In this document: positions 9,758 through 18,769 of the stretch, piece after piece
Layout of the letters: every line of letters starts with the position of its first letter
Numbering within the stretch: the first letter of the stretch is position 1
Assembly (NCBI GenBank): GCA_016794765.1
Contig: JAEUJG010000409.1
Coordinates: forward strand, 1 to 31,947
Reading direction: 5' to 3'
From: Spirochaetaceae bacterium
Lineage (GTDB): Bacteria; Spirochaetota; Spirochaetia; Treponematales; Rectinemataceae
DNA length: 31,947 bases
Position numbers and translations under genes: made by a program
Notes under the pieces: generated by a model
What the model was told of the DNA's origin: nothing
What the model saw: only the letters and a program-made list of their open reading frames with translations
Databases searched by the model: none

Positions 9758-10609
9758 ATGAACAAGCAAGCAAGCGGCGCGCTGGTGCCCGCGCCTCGCC
9801 TTCGCGTCCTGGCCTTGGCCGGCGCCGTCCTGGCGGCCTTGGCCGCGCAAACCCTCGCGGCCGAGGAGCCGAGTCCCGCTTCCTTCGCCGCCTATGTCCC
9901 GACGGCGCCCGCCGCGGAATTGGCCGCGGGCAAGCCCCTCATCCGGGTGCATCGCGGCGCCGCCGCCTCGATTCTCGACACGACGCCGGGCCACGAGGCC
10001 GCCCGCCGAGTCGCCGCGGAAACCGCCGCCGAGTCGCCGCGCCTCGTCGTAGAGGCCCTGTTCCTCTGGAAGAAGCCCCGCGCCCTGTCCCCGGCGGCCG
10101 AACGCGCCGCCCTCTTCGACACGATGCTCGCCGTTCGCAGCCTGGAGGGCATCGAGTACTTTTCCGCCTCGCGGGGCCGCCGGGAAGTCCTGTTCAAGGA
10201 ATCCTTCCGCGTCGCCGGCCCCGGCGACCTGGCGCCCCTGCCCGACCTCGCGCGGATGGGCGGCGTCGAGAGGGCGGCCTATTACGCCTGGCAGAAGGAC
10301 GCGAGCTTCGGCGGCGTCGTCTACAAGATCGCCGCCGAGGCTGCGGGTGACGCGGTCAGGGCTTCCTTCACGAATGAGACTCCCATCCGCTACTCGATCA
10401 TCCCCCTCGCCGGACCCGGCGGGCTCGTGATGCGCTTTGCCCTGGTCGACACGGCCGAGGGCGTGCTGTTCTACCTGGTCTTGGCGGCCAAGGCCGAGAT
10501 CCCGGGCTTCCTGGCCAAGCGGGTCGAGGATTCCTTCACGAACCGCTCGAGCGCCATGTTCGCCTGGTTCGTCACCCGGGCCGAGGCGGCCTGGGCCGCG
10601 GGCCGCTAG
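9758..10609 (+). CDS. Exported hypothetical protein, spirochaete DUF6675-like
   Basis: Signal-peptide-like N-terminus. SLEGIEYFSASR and QKDASFG resemble, from memory, DUF6675 proteins; not verified by search. Confidence 0.6.
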   Translation: MNKQASGALVPAPRLRVLALAGAVLAALAAQTLAAEEPSPASFAAYVPTAPAAELAAGKPLIRVHRGAAASILDTTPGHEAARRVAAETAAESPRLVVEALFLWKKPRALSPAAERAALFDTMLAVRSLEGIEYFSASRGRREVLFKESFRVAGPGDLAPLPDLARMGGVERAAYYAWQKDASFGGVVYKIAAEAAGDAVRASFTNETPIRYSIIPLAGPGGLVMRFALVDTAEGVLFYLVLAAKAEIPGFLAKRVEDSFTNRSSAMFAWFVTRAEAAWAAGR

Positions 10610-11433
10610 AGCCTGATCCTGGCCGAAATGCCCGTGGGGGCAAGGCTGAGGGAGATCGCCTGGTCTTCCGATTCGGCGAGGTGGAGGTAGGCGTTGAGGC
10701 CGCCGACGAGGAGGCCGAGGCCCGCGCCCGCGGCGACGTCGGTGGCGTAGTGCATGCCGGCGGCGATCCGCGAGGCGCCGACGGCGGCCGCCAGGCCGTT
10801 CGACAGCCCGACCACCGTCCACTTGAGGGCCGGAGACTCGATGAAGCGAAGGGCCAGGACGGAGGCGGCGGCGCTGGAGGCGAAGGCCATCGTCGTGTGT
10901 CCCGAGGGGCAGGAGAGGCGGCTGTCCTCGTCGGCCAGCAGCTCGGCCGGCGTGCCGGCCTGGTAGTTGTAGGGACGCGGCCGCTGGATGAGGACCTTGA
11001 GCGTGTCCTTGGCGCCGAGGGCGAGAAGCTGGGTTTCGGCGACCAGGGCCATGGCCTTCCAGGTCCGGAGTCGTCCGCTTTCGGGTTCCCCGTCGAGGAC
11101 GAAGGCCGTCGCGTAGGGCGCGGCCAAGACCAGCGCCTCGAGGATATCCGAGGCCGTGTCGATGCCGGCCGAGTAGGGCCGGGCCAGGCTCCGGTCGAAG
11201 GCGTTCACCGTGGAATAAGCGGGCAGGGCCGCGGCCGTGAGATCGGCGCCGCGCAGGTAGACCTTCGCGCCGAGAAAGCCGGCCGCGCCCGCCAGGCAAA
11301 GGCCGCCGTCCGCGAAGGGATCGAGGCGGATGCCTGCCGAGTCTCCGAAAAAGGCCGCGCCGCTTGAGGGTTCGGCGAAGGCGCCGCCCGCGAGGATGAG
11401 GGCGAGCGCGAGGGCGATGAGGGAACGCTTCAT
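10606..11433 (-). CDS. PAP2 family phosphatase with signal peptide
   Basis: PAP2 motifs K..IQRPRP, SCPSGH and SRIAAGMHYATDV. Start MKRSLIALAL after GGAG. Confidence 0.9.
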   Translation of the reverse strand: MKRSLIALALALILAGGAFAEPSSGAAFFGDSAGIRLDPFADGGLCLAGAAGFLGAKVYLRGADLTAAALPAYSTVNAFDRSLARPYSAGIDTASDILEALVLAAPYATAFVLDGEPESGRLRTWKAMALVAETQLLALGAKDTLKVLIQRPRPYNYQAGTPAELLADEDSRLSCPSGHTTMAFASSAAASVLALRFIESPALKWTVVGLSNGLAAAVGASRIAAGMHYATDVAAGAGLGLLVGGLNAYLHLAESEDQAISLSLAPTGISARIRL

Positions 11434-11516
11434 GGGAACTAGCTCCGTTCGAGTTCGGATTGCGGGCGTCGGCCCGTGGGACTCGTCATGATATATATCG
11501 TAAAGTATCCGCGTCG

Positions 11517-11771
11517 TCAGTCTTTCGACCGATCTTTCGGGGACGAAGCCCGGGCCTTCCGCCTGCGCTCCCGGACGAGGAGCAGGATGCCGGCCGCAAC
11601 CAAGGACACGCCGATGCCGGTGGAGAGCCAGCCGGCCACGCCCATGGCCTGACCCGTCAGGATCCGCGCCGAATAAAAAAGGTTGAATACGCCCAGGGCG
11701 ATGAACAGCGCGTAGCGCATCGTGTCGCTCATCCCCGCCCGGGGGCTCTTGTCGGTTTCTTCCTCGCCCAT
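11517..11771 (-). CDS. Small two-TM membrane protein (84 aa)
   Basis: Two hydrophobic segments followed by a basic tail; fits between purD and PAP2 on the same strand. Confidence 0.6.
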   Translation of the reverse strand: MGEEETDKSPRAGMSDTMRYALFIALGVFNLFYSARILTGQAMGVAGWLSTGIGVSLVAAGILLLVRERRRKARASSPKDRSKD

Positions 11772-11806
11772 GCATTCCCTGCCTATCTCGTCGTGATCGG
11801 GCCGCC

Positions 11807-13186
11807 TTAGCGGGGCGCGCCGAAAATCCTGTCGCCGATGTCGGGCCTGAACCAGGCCCCCTCGAAGTTCACCTTGCGCGCCAAGGCGTAGGCCCGCTCG
11901 CGGGCCAGGCTCCAGTCGGGACCGAGCCCGACCGCCGTGAAGGAGCGGCCGCCCCCCGTGCGGAGCCGGCCCTCGGCGTCCCTGCCCGTGGCGGCGTGGA
12001 AGAGCAGCGCCGTCGGCTCGGTTTCTCCGGCAAGGGGCGCCGGACCGGCTTGCGCCTCCGGATTGCCCGAATCGCAGCCCGAGTCGATCGCGCCGAGGTC
12101 CACCGGGAGGCCGACGGGGTGGGAGATCGGGTAGCCGGGAGCCGCGACGACGATGCCGCAGGCGTGGCGCCGGGAAAAGCGGGGGGAGGGCAAGCTGCCC
12201 TCCGCGACGGCGGCGCAGAGTTCCTCGAAACCGCTTTCAAGGCGGGGCAGGAGGGATTGGGTTTCGGGGTCGCCGAAACGCACGTTGTACTCGAGGAGCT
12301 TCGGCCCCTCGGCCGTGGCCATGACGCCGAAGAACAGGACGCCGCGGTAGGAGAGCCCCTCGGCCGCCATGCCCTCGAAGCTTGGCGCGACGATCTCGCG
12401 CTCGATCCGGGCCATCAGGGCCGCGTCGGCGAAGGGGAGGGGGCTCACCGCGCCCATGCCGCCGGTGTTCGGGCCGCGGTCGCCGGCCAGGGCCTTCTTG
12501 TGGTCGGCCGCCGGCTCGAGGAGGACATGGCCCTTTTCCGTGCAAAGGCCGAAGACCGACAGCTCCCGGCCGACGAGGAACTCCTCCGCGAGGAGCTCGT
12601 CGGTCTCGAGCACCGCCTCGCCGAAGGCGCGGAGCTCCGCGGGATCGTCCGAGTCGAGGACGCCCTTGCCGGCGGCGAGCCCGGATTTCTTGAGGACGAG
12701 CCGGCCGCCGCGCCGCTCGTCGAGGAAGCGGCGGAGCTCGGCGGCTCCGCGGCCGGGCGCGAAGCGGGCGGTCGCCGCGCAGGGCACGCCGCGGCGCTCG
12801 CAGAAGGAGCGGGCGAAGGCCTTGCTCGCCTCCAGGGCCGCGGCCTTGCGCGGCGGGCCGAAGGCGGCGATGCCCGCCGCGGCGAGCGCGTCCACGAGGC
12901 CGGCCGCGAGGGGGACCTCGGGGCCGACGATGACGAGGGCGATGCCGAGCTCGCGGCAGGCGGCGACGACGGCCGCGGGATTATCCGTGTCGAGGGGGAG
13001 GTTCCGCGCGAGGCCGGCGGTGCCGGCGCTTCCCGGGGCGCAGAACAGCTCGGCGCCGCCGGAACGGTTCCTGGAACCGCCCTTGGCGCCGCTCTTGGCC
13101 GGGCCGGAGGCCTGGTCGGCGCCCCGTCCGAGGGCCCAGAGCATCGCGTGCTCGCGGCCGCCGTTGCCGACGACGAGTATCTTCAT
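11807..13186 (-). CDS. purD: Phosphoribosylamine-glycine ligase
   Basis: MKILVVGNGGREHA, VGPEVPL, LEASKAFA, GLAAGKGV, GPNTGGMGA, LEYNVRFGDPETQ. Confidence 0.97.
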   Translation of the reverse strand: MKILVVGNGGREHAMLWALGRGADQASGPAKSGAKGGSRNRSGGAELFCAPGSAGTAGLARNLPLDTDNPAAVVAACRELGIALVIVGPEVPLAAGLVDALAAAGIAAFGPPRKAAALEASKAFARSFCERRGVPCAATARFAPGRGAAELRRFLDERRGGRLVLKKSGLAAGKGVLDSDDPAELRAFGEAVLETDELLAEEFLVGRELSVFGLCTEKGHVLLEPAADHKKALAGDRGPNTGGMGAVSPLPFADAALMARIEREIVAPSFEGMAAEGLSYRGVLFFGVMATAEGPKLLEYNVRFGDPETQSLLPRLESGFEELCAAVAEGSLPSPRFSRRHACGIVVAAPGYPISHPVGLPVDLGAIDSGCDSGNPEAQAGPAPLAGETEPTALLFHAATGRDAEGRLRTGGGRSFTAVGLGPDWSLARERAYALARKVNFEGAWFRPDIGDRIFGAPR

Positions 13187-13812
13187 TGCCTCCTCCTTCC
13201 CGCCTCGATCCCGTCGAGGAGTCCGAGGACGACCCGGGGGTAGAGCCGGTGCTCTTCCTCGTGGACGCGGGCTTCGATCTCCGGAAGATCCGCGCCCGCT
13301 TCCGTCCTGAATTCACTCTGGGCGATGAGGGGGCCCGTGTCCATACCCGCGTCGACGAAATGAACGCTGACGCCGAAGCGGCGCTCGCCCGCCTCGAAGG
13401 CCCGGCGGATGGCGTGGGCGCCCGGCCAGGCCGGCAGCAGGGAGGGATGGACGTTGACGAGGCGCCCTTCCCGGCGCCGGACGAACTCCGGCGACAGGAG
13501 GCGCATGAAGCCGGCGAGGGCCACAAGCTCGGCGCCGGCTTCCCCGAGCGCGGCGTCGAGGTCGGCCTCGGCCGCCGCCCGCGCCTGCTCCGGATCCGCG
13601 GGGCGGCCGGGGCCTGCGTAGGCGACGTGGAGGGCCGGGATGCCGAGCGCGCGGGCCCGCTCGGCCGCGAAGGCGGCCTTGCGGTCGTAGGCGAGGAGGA
13701 CGAGCTCGTGGCGGGGCGCGAGGGGATCTATCGCGGCCCGGCCGCGGATCGCCTCGGCCAAGGCCTGGAAATTCGACCCGTTCCCGCTCGCGAGGACGGC
13801 GAGCCTAGCCAC
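13183..13812 (-). CDS. purN: Phosphoribosylglycinamide formyltransferase
   Basis: RLAVLASGNGSNFQA, LAGFMRLL, NVHPSLLPAWPG, VHFVDAGMDTGP, EHRLYP. GTG start overlaps the purM stop. Confidence 0.96.
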   Translation of the reverse strand: MARLAVLASGNGSNFQALAEAIRGRAAIDPLAPRHELVLLAYDRKAAFAAERARALGIPALHVAYAGPGRPADPEQARAAAEADLDAALGEAGAELVALAGFMRLLSPEFVRRREGRLVNVHPSLLPAWPGAHAIRRAFEAGERRFGVSVHFVDAGMDTGPLIAQSEFRTEAGADLPEIEARVHEEEHRLYPRVVLGLLDGIEAGRRRQ

Positions 13813-14767
13813 GGACCACGCGGCCGACGCGGAGGAGCTCCGTTCCTTCGCGCTTGGCGACCGCGGTCAGGGTCCCCGCGTCGGCTTCCTTGGCGACGAC
13901 GACCATGCCGATGCCCATGTTGAAGACCGCGCGCATCTCCGCCTCCTCGACCGGTCCGCCCTTCCGGATCTTGTCGAAGATCGGGGGCTCGGGCCAATCC
14001 CAGCTGAACTCGGCGCGGAGGCCGGCGGGAAGGACGCGGTCCACGTTGCCCGAAAGCCCCGAGCCCGTGATGTGGGCGGCCGCGGCGACCTTGTCCGTCG
14101 AGATCAGGGCCAGGAGCTCGCGCACGTAGATGCGCGTCGGGACGAGGAGCTCCTCCCAGGCGGCGCGGTCGCCTTCCGCGACGCACTTCCGGGCCAGGCT
14201 GTAGCCGTTCGAATGGACGCCGGAGCTCGGCATGCCGAGGAGGATGTCGCCCTCCGCGATGCGTTCGGGGCGGGGCAGGGCCCTGGGCTTGTCGACGACG
14301 CCGACGGCGAAGCCCGCGAGGTCGATGTCGTCCTCCGCGTAGAGGTCGGGCATCTCCGCGGTCTCCCCGCCGGTGAGTTCGCAACCGGCGAGCTCGCAGC
14401 CCGCGACGACGCCCTTGATCACGGCGTGGAGGATCTCGTCGCGGATCCGGCCGCAGGCGATGTAGTCGAGGAACTGGAGGGGCTGGGCGCCGCAGACCGC
14501 GAGGTCGTTGACGCTCATCGCCACGAGGTCGATGCCGACCGTGTCCCACCTCCCGAGCTTCTTGGCCACGAGGAGCTTGGTGCCGACGCCGTCCGTGCAA
14601 GTGAGGAGGAGCGGCTCTTCGTAGCCCTTCAGGTTGAGGGGCGAGCCGCCGGCGAAGCCGCCGAGGCCCCGGGATACCGCCTTGGAGGGCAGGCCCTTGA
14701 TGAAGTCCGCGAAGTCGTCGCCCTTCCTGATCGAGACTCCCGCCTTTTCGTAGTCGAGGCCGCTCAT
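13805..14767 (-). CDS. purM: Phosphoribosylformylglycinamidine cyclo-ligase (AIR synthetase)
   Basis: LDYEKAGV, TDGVGTK, VAMSVNDL, GGETAEMP, SSGVHSNGYSL, FNMGIG. The start overlaps the purF stop. Confidence 0.97.
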   Translation of the reverse strand: MSGLDYEKAGVSIRKGDDFADFIKGLPSKAVSRGLGGFAGGSPLNLKGYEEPLLLTCTDGVGTKLLVAKKLGRWDTVGIDLVAMSVNDLAVCGAQPLQFLDYIACGRIRDEILHAVIKGVVAGCELAGCELTGGETAEMPDLYAEDDIDLAGFAVGVVDKPRALPRPERIAEGDILLGMPSSGVHSNGYSLARKCVAEGDRAAWEELLVPTRIYVRELLALISTDKVAAAAHITGSGLSGNVDRVLPAGLRAEFSWDWPEPPIFDKIRKGGPVEEAEMRAVFNMGIGMVVVAKEADAGTLTAVAKREGTELLRVGRVVRG

Positions 14768-16167
14768 CGTCGTTCCTTTCCGCCCGAGTCCGGACGGAAG
14801 GGGTGGTTTCCGTCGAAGCAGGCGGCGCAATAGCCGGAGGGTTTGTCGAGGCCGGCGAGAAGCCGGTCCACGGGGAGGAAGCGCACCGAGTCGGCGCCGA
14901 CCTCGCGGGCGATGCCCGCGGGATCGAGCCGGTTCGAGATCAGCTCCTCCCGGGAGGGGATGTCGATGCCGTAGTGGCAGGGCCACTTGAGCTCCGGGGC
15001 GGCCAGGCGCAGGTGCACCTCCCTGGCGCCGGCCTCGCGGAGGAGGCCCACGATGATGCGGCTCGTCGTGCCGCGCACGAGGGAGTCGTCGATCATGACG
15101 ACCCGCTTGCCGGCGACGACCTCGCTCACCGCGTGGAGTTTGAGCCGCGCGGCGAGCTCGCGCTGGTCCTTCGTGGGCAGGATGAAACTCCGGCCCGCGT
15201 AGTGGCTCCGCGCCAGGCCGAAGTCGAAGGGAATGCCCGCGCGGCGGGCGTAGCCGATGGCGGAGATGTTGCCGGAATCGGGCACCGGCACGACGACGTC
15301 GGCCTCGAGGCCCGCCTCGGCGTCGAGCTCGGCGAGGGCCTCGCCGAGACGGACGCGGGCACCGTGGACCGATTCTCCGAAGACCTCGGAGTCCGGCCGC
15401 GCGAAGTAGATGAGCTCAAAGACGCAGGAGCGGCGGGGCAGGGCCGGTTCGAGGAAGAAGGTGCGCGCCCCGTCCTTGTCCACGATGAGGACCTCTCCCG
15501 GCTCGATTTCGCGGTAGTCCATGGGCCCCACCGCGTGGAGGGCGCAGGTCTCCGAGGCGACGTAGGTCGCGCCGCCCTTCGTGCCGACGTAGAGGGGGCG
15601 GAAGCCGGAGGGGTCGCGGATCGCGACGAGGGCGTCCTCGTGCATGACGGTCAGGCTGTAGGCTCCCTCGAGGGCCGCGAGCGCCTCGCGGAGGAAGGCC
15701 TCGCGCTTCGCTTCCCTCGAGCGGGATATCAGGTGGAGGATCAGCTCCGAATCGGCCGAACCCTGAAAAATGGAACCGGCGGCCGTGAGCTCCTCGCGGA
15801 GGCGGCCGCCGTTCGACAGGTTCCCGTTGTGGGCCAGCGCGAGCCGGCCCTTGTTGCAGCCCACGACGATGGGCTGGGCGTTCTGCAGCCCGCCGCCCCC
15901 CGCCGTGGAATAGCGGACATGCCCTATCCCGAGACTGGACTTGCGTTCCTCGCCGAGGACCCGGCCCAGCACCGGCGCGACCATGCCGAGGTCCTTCCGG
16001 CTGGCGTAACGTCCGCCTTCTTCCCAAGCCATGCCGCAACTTTCCTGCCCCCGGTGCTGGAGGGAAAAAAGCATGTAGAAGAGGCGTTCGGGGATGTTGA
16101 TGGGTTCGGGGGAGAAGAGGCCCGCCACACCGCAGTAATGGCCGAGGCCCTGGTCGATAGGCTCCAT
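14764..16167 (-). CDS. purF: Amidophosphoribosyltransferase (Bacillus-type: 11-aa propeptide, then catalytic Cys; Fe-S cysteines present)
   Basis: MEPIDQGLGHY-CGV, LQHRGQES, GHVRYST, AHNGNL, PVPDSG, DDSLVRGTT. Cys in RSCVFE, WPCHYG and YCAACF. Confidence 0.97.
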   Translation of the reverse strand: MEPIDQGLGHYCGVAGLFSPEPINIPERLFYMLFSLQHRGQESCGMAWEEGGRYASRKDLGMVAPVLGRVLGEERKSSLGIGHVRYSTAGGGGLQNAQPIVVGCNKGRLALAHNGNLSNGGRLREELTAAGSIFQGSADSELILHLISRSREAKREAFLREALAALEGAYSLTVMHEDALVAIRDPSGFRPLYVGTKGGATYVASETCALHAVGPMDYREIEPGEVLIVDKDGARTFFLEPALPRRSCVFELIYFARPDSEVFGESVHGARVRLGEALAELDAEAGLEADVVVPVPDSGNISAIGYARRAGIPFDFGLARSHYAGRSFILPTKDQRELAARLKLHAVSEVVAGKRVVMIDDSLVRGTTSRIIVGLLREAGAREVHLRLAAPELKWPCHYGIDIPSREELISNRLDPAGIAREVGADSVRFLPVDRLLAGLDKPSGYCAACFDGNHPFRPDSGGKERR

Positions 16168-16172
16168 GCGCG

Positions 16173-16202
16173 GTTCTAACACGCGCGGACCGGGAGGGTC
16201 AA
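16173..16202 (-). promoter_or_regulatory. Putative promoter of the pur operon, placed for a leaderless transcript
   Basis: TTGACC-18 nt (ending TG-t)-TAGAAC, then 5 nt and ATG 16167. No SD sequence. Confidence 0.5.
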
Positions 16203-16234
16203 GCGAGGCGGGGGGGCGGGAAAAATTGTCGGCC

Positions 16235-16263
16235 TTGGGTTTTTCTCGGTATCGCGCTATATT
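16235..16263 (+). promoter_or_regulatory. Putative sigma70 promoter of the OMP gene
   Basis: TTGGGT-17 nt-TATATT, in an AT-rich stretch. Confidence 0.55.
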
Positions 16264-16308
16264 ATACGCCGTCAGGAAATTCTGGCAAAAACAATCATGG
16301 AGGTTTCT

Positions 16309-16950
16309 ATGAAGAAACTCGGCATCGCGATGATTTTCGCCCTAACCTTGGCCGCGGCCCTGGCCGCCCAGACCGCTCCCGTCGATTCCAAGGGAGCGAT
16401 GGCCTTGCAGTTCACGATGGATGGCCTTGGGACCTTTGGCATCGGTGGAACGCCGGTGGACCTTCCCAACGGCGCCTATACGGGCACGAACTGGGCGGCC
16501 ACCGGCTACGGCCTCGGCGCCAAGTACTTCGTGATCGACAAGCTGTCGGTTGGCGCGGGGCTCTATTTCAGTTCCGACTCGGTTACGCTGAGCGGTTCCG
16601 CGAACGTGCGCAAGACCGGATACTTCGGCCTGCGTCCCTTCGCGACCTATACGCTCGCCAAGAAGGGGCCCGTGGCCCTCACGGCGGGCGGCTACCTGTC
16701 CATGGGCTTCTACAACGAAGACGATCCCGCCAATACCACGAAACTGGCGTACAGCGTCTTCGGCGGCGGAGCGACCTTTGGCGCCGAGTGTTTCGTCATG
16801 AACGGCGTTTCCCTCGGCGCGGATTACCGTTTCGGCGCGAACTTCTACAAGATGGCCGAGACCAACACCGTAACCAACGCCGTCACGACCAACTCCTACT
16901 CGAGGATCGGAACCGGTTCCGCCAGCGTCTTCCTCAGCTTCTACCTCTGA
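16309..16950 (+). CDS. Predicted outer-membrane beta-barrel protein (small, about 8 strands)
   Basis: GGAGG RBS, signal peptide MKKLGIAMIFALTLAAALAA, alternating aromatic/Gly strands (YGLGAKYF, LSVGAGLYF, VSLGADYRF) and a C-terminal strand SVFLSFYL. Confidence 0.75.
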   Translation: MKKLGIAMIFALTLAAALAAQTAPVDSKGAMALQFTMDGLGTFGIGGTPVDLPNGAYTGTNWAATGYGLGAKYFVIDKLSVGAGLYFSSDSVTLSGSANVRKTGYFGLRPFATYTLAKKGPVALTAGGYLSMGFYNEDDPANTTKLAYSVFGGGATFGAECFVMNGVSLGADYRFGANFYKMAETNTVTNAVTTNSYSRIGTGSASVFLSFYL

Positions 16951-16964
16951 TTTCGCCCAACGCG

Positions 16965-17000
16965 AAAAAAAGCCGCCCGGAGCGTCGGGCGGCTTTTTTT
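16965..17000. terminator. Bidirectional Rho-independent terminator
   Basis: A7-GCCGCCCG-loop-CGGGCGGC-T7 between convergent genes. Confidence 0.92.
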
Positions 17001-17012
17001 CGGGGCGAAGCC

Positions 17013-18692
17013 TCACTGGAACCGCTCCGCCTCGGGGCTGTCCTCGTCGATGTCGGCGACGGGCTCGGCCGCGGGGATCGGAACCTCTTCGCCCTCGCGG
17101 GGGGCGACGGATCCGGGGACGGGGGCCTTCACGTAGGTGAAGTTGCGCAGGACCTTCACGAGGACGTTGATCCGGTCGCGCGCCGCCTGGATCTGGGCGA
17201 TGATTTCCCGGTTGCGGGCGCCGCCGAAGGTGCGGATGTTCGTCACGAGCTCGGGGCTCGAGCGGCGATAGTCCGCGCTGAGTTCGGTCAGGGCTTCGCC
17301 TAGCATGGCGAAGAGGCCGGCCTCGTCCTCGACGATCTCCTTGGCGCGGCCGTTGATGGCGTCGACGAGGCGGGTCAGGAAGGAGGCGATGTCCTTGCCG
17401 CGCCGCATTTCCTCGACGTAGCGCTTCATCGCCACGATGGAGACGCGGCCGTTGCCGAGGAGCTGTTCCTCGAAGTCCGAGATGCGCCCGCCCGAACGCT
17501 CGCACTGGTAGAGGATGTTGGCCAGGTTGTTCTGGAAGCCCTTGTTGTCGAAGTAGCCCTCCACGAGGAGTCGCTTGACCGATTCCTTGATGGAAGGCTC
17601 GAAGACGTCGTGGACGAAGGTCTTGAGGAGGCGGAGCGGCTTGATGTAGGAGAATCCGTTCGGGCTTTCCCGGCGGAGATAGGCGTCGTTTTCGTCGTCG
17701 TAGCCGTCGATCTCGTGGATTTCCGCCTCGCCGAAAAGGTTCTTGATGTCCGCGCTGATGGCGCTCTCGTGGCGTTCCCGCTGGAGCCGCTCGCGGTCCT
17801 TCTCGAACTGTTGGGTGAGCCGCCGGCGGTAGGTTTCCACGAAGTCGTGGCGCTCGCGTCCCGTCGCGGGGAGGAGGTAGGGATCGCCCTTCGTCGCGCG
17901 CGCGAGGGCCAGGAGGAGGTCCGGCGAGAGGCGGCCGCTTCCGAGTTCGATGAGCCGCGCGAAGATCTTGTCGAGCTTCTTCTTCTTGACCTCGTCGAGG
18001 CCGCCGGAGGAGCGCCGCTCGATGAGGCGGAGGAGATTGGCCTTGAGCTCCTGCGAGAAGAAGAATCCCGCCAGGAGGTAGTAGAGGTCGAGGAGTTCGG
18101 GATGCGTCTGCTCGCCCTCGGCCGGCGCGAAGTCGGGGCGGCGGTTCGGGTTGTCGAGGGCGACGCCGGGATCGAAGAGGCCGAGGATGCGTTCGTAGTC
18201 GTGCCGGCAGAGTTCGATGAAGCGCTCGACTTCGCCGAGCTCGAGGTTTAGCTCGCGGGCCGCGAGGGATTCGACCTCGCCGAGGAAGGACTGGAACTCG
18301 TCGGTCAGCGCGTCGATTTCCCGGTCGGGATCGAGGGAGGTGTTGATGCGCTCGGCCATGCCGTCGTAGGTGAAGGAGGCCTTGCGTTCCTGGGTCCCCG
18401 GGGGCAGGCGGCACTCGATGAGGTGGTCGAAGAAGCGCTGCGAGACGCGCGCGTCGCCGGAGGCGACCGTGGCCCGCGCCAGTTCGGCGAGCGGCCGCAG
18501 GGCGCCGCAGAAGCCGTAGAGCGCCTGGGCGAAGCCGGGCAGGACCAGGTTCTGTTTGGGGCGATAGTAGGGCGGGCGGAGCTCGGCGAGGGTCGCGTGG
18601 ACCCGCTTGAGGTCGGCCTTGCGCCGCGCCTCTTCCGGATCGCGGGAGAAGAGTCGGGCGAACAACGTTTTTATAGATGCGAGGAGACCCAT
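17013..18692 (-). CDS. Large helical hypothetical protein, spirochaete DUF5312-like
   Basis: 559-aa ORF with host-like codon usage, starting MGLLASIKTLF. The family assignment is from recollection only. Confidence 0.7.
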   Translation of the reverse strand: MGLLASIKTLFARLFSRDPEEARRKADLKRVHATLAELRPPYYRPKQNLVLPGFAQALYGFCGALRPLAELARATVASGDARVSQRFFDHLIECRLPPGTQERKASFTYDGMAERINTSLDPDREIDALTDEFQSFLGEVESLAARELNLELGEVERFIELCRHDYERILGLFDPGVALDNPNRRPDFAPAEGEQTHPELLDLYYLLAGFFFSQELKANLLRLIERRSSGGLDEVKKKKLDKIFARLIELGSGRLSPDLLLALARATKGDPYLLPATGRERHDFVETYRRRLTQQFEKDRERLQRERHESAISADIKNLFGEAEIHEIDGYDDENDAYLRRESPNGFSYIKPLRLLKTFVHDVFEPSIKESVKRLLVEGYFDNKGFQNNLANILYQCERSGGRISDFEEQLLGNGRVSIVAMKRYVEEMRRGKDIASFLTRLVDAINGRAKEIVEDEAGLFAMLGEALTELSADYRRSSPELVTNIRTFGGARNREIIAQIQAARDRINVLVKVLRNFTYVKAPVPGSVAPREGEEVPIPAAEPVADIDEDSPEAERFQ

Positions 18693-18698
18693 GCGCCC

Positions 18699-18728
18699 AT
18701 TGTAGGCTCTCATGCGCCGCCGCGGCAA
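18699..18728 (-). promoter_or_regulatory. Putative promoter, leaderless arrangement
   Basis: TTGCCG-18 nt-TACAAT-6 nt-ATG 18692. No SD sequence. Confidence 0.6.
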
Positions 18729-18769
18729 GCGTCTTTCGGGCGGCTTCCCGGTGCGGACTCGGCGGCGGG

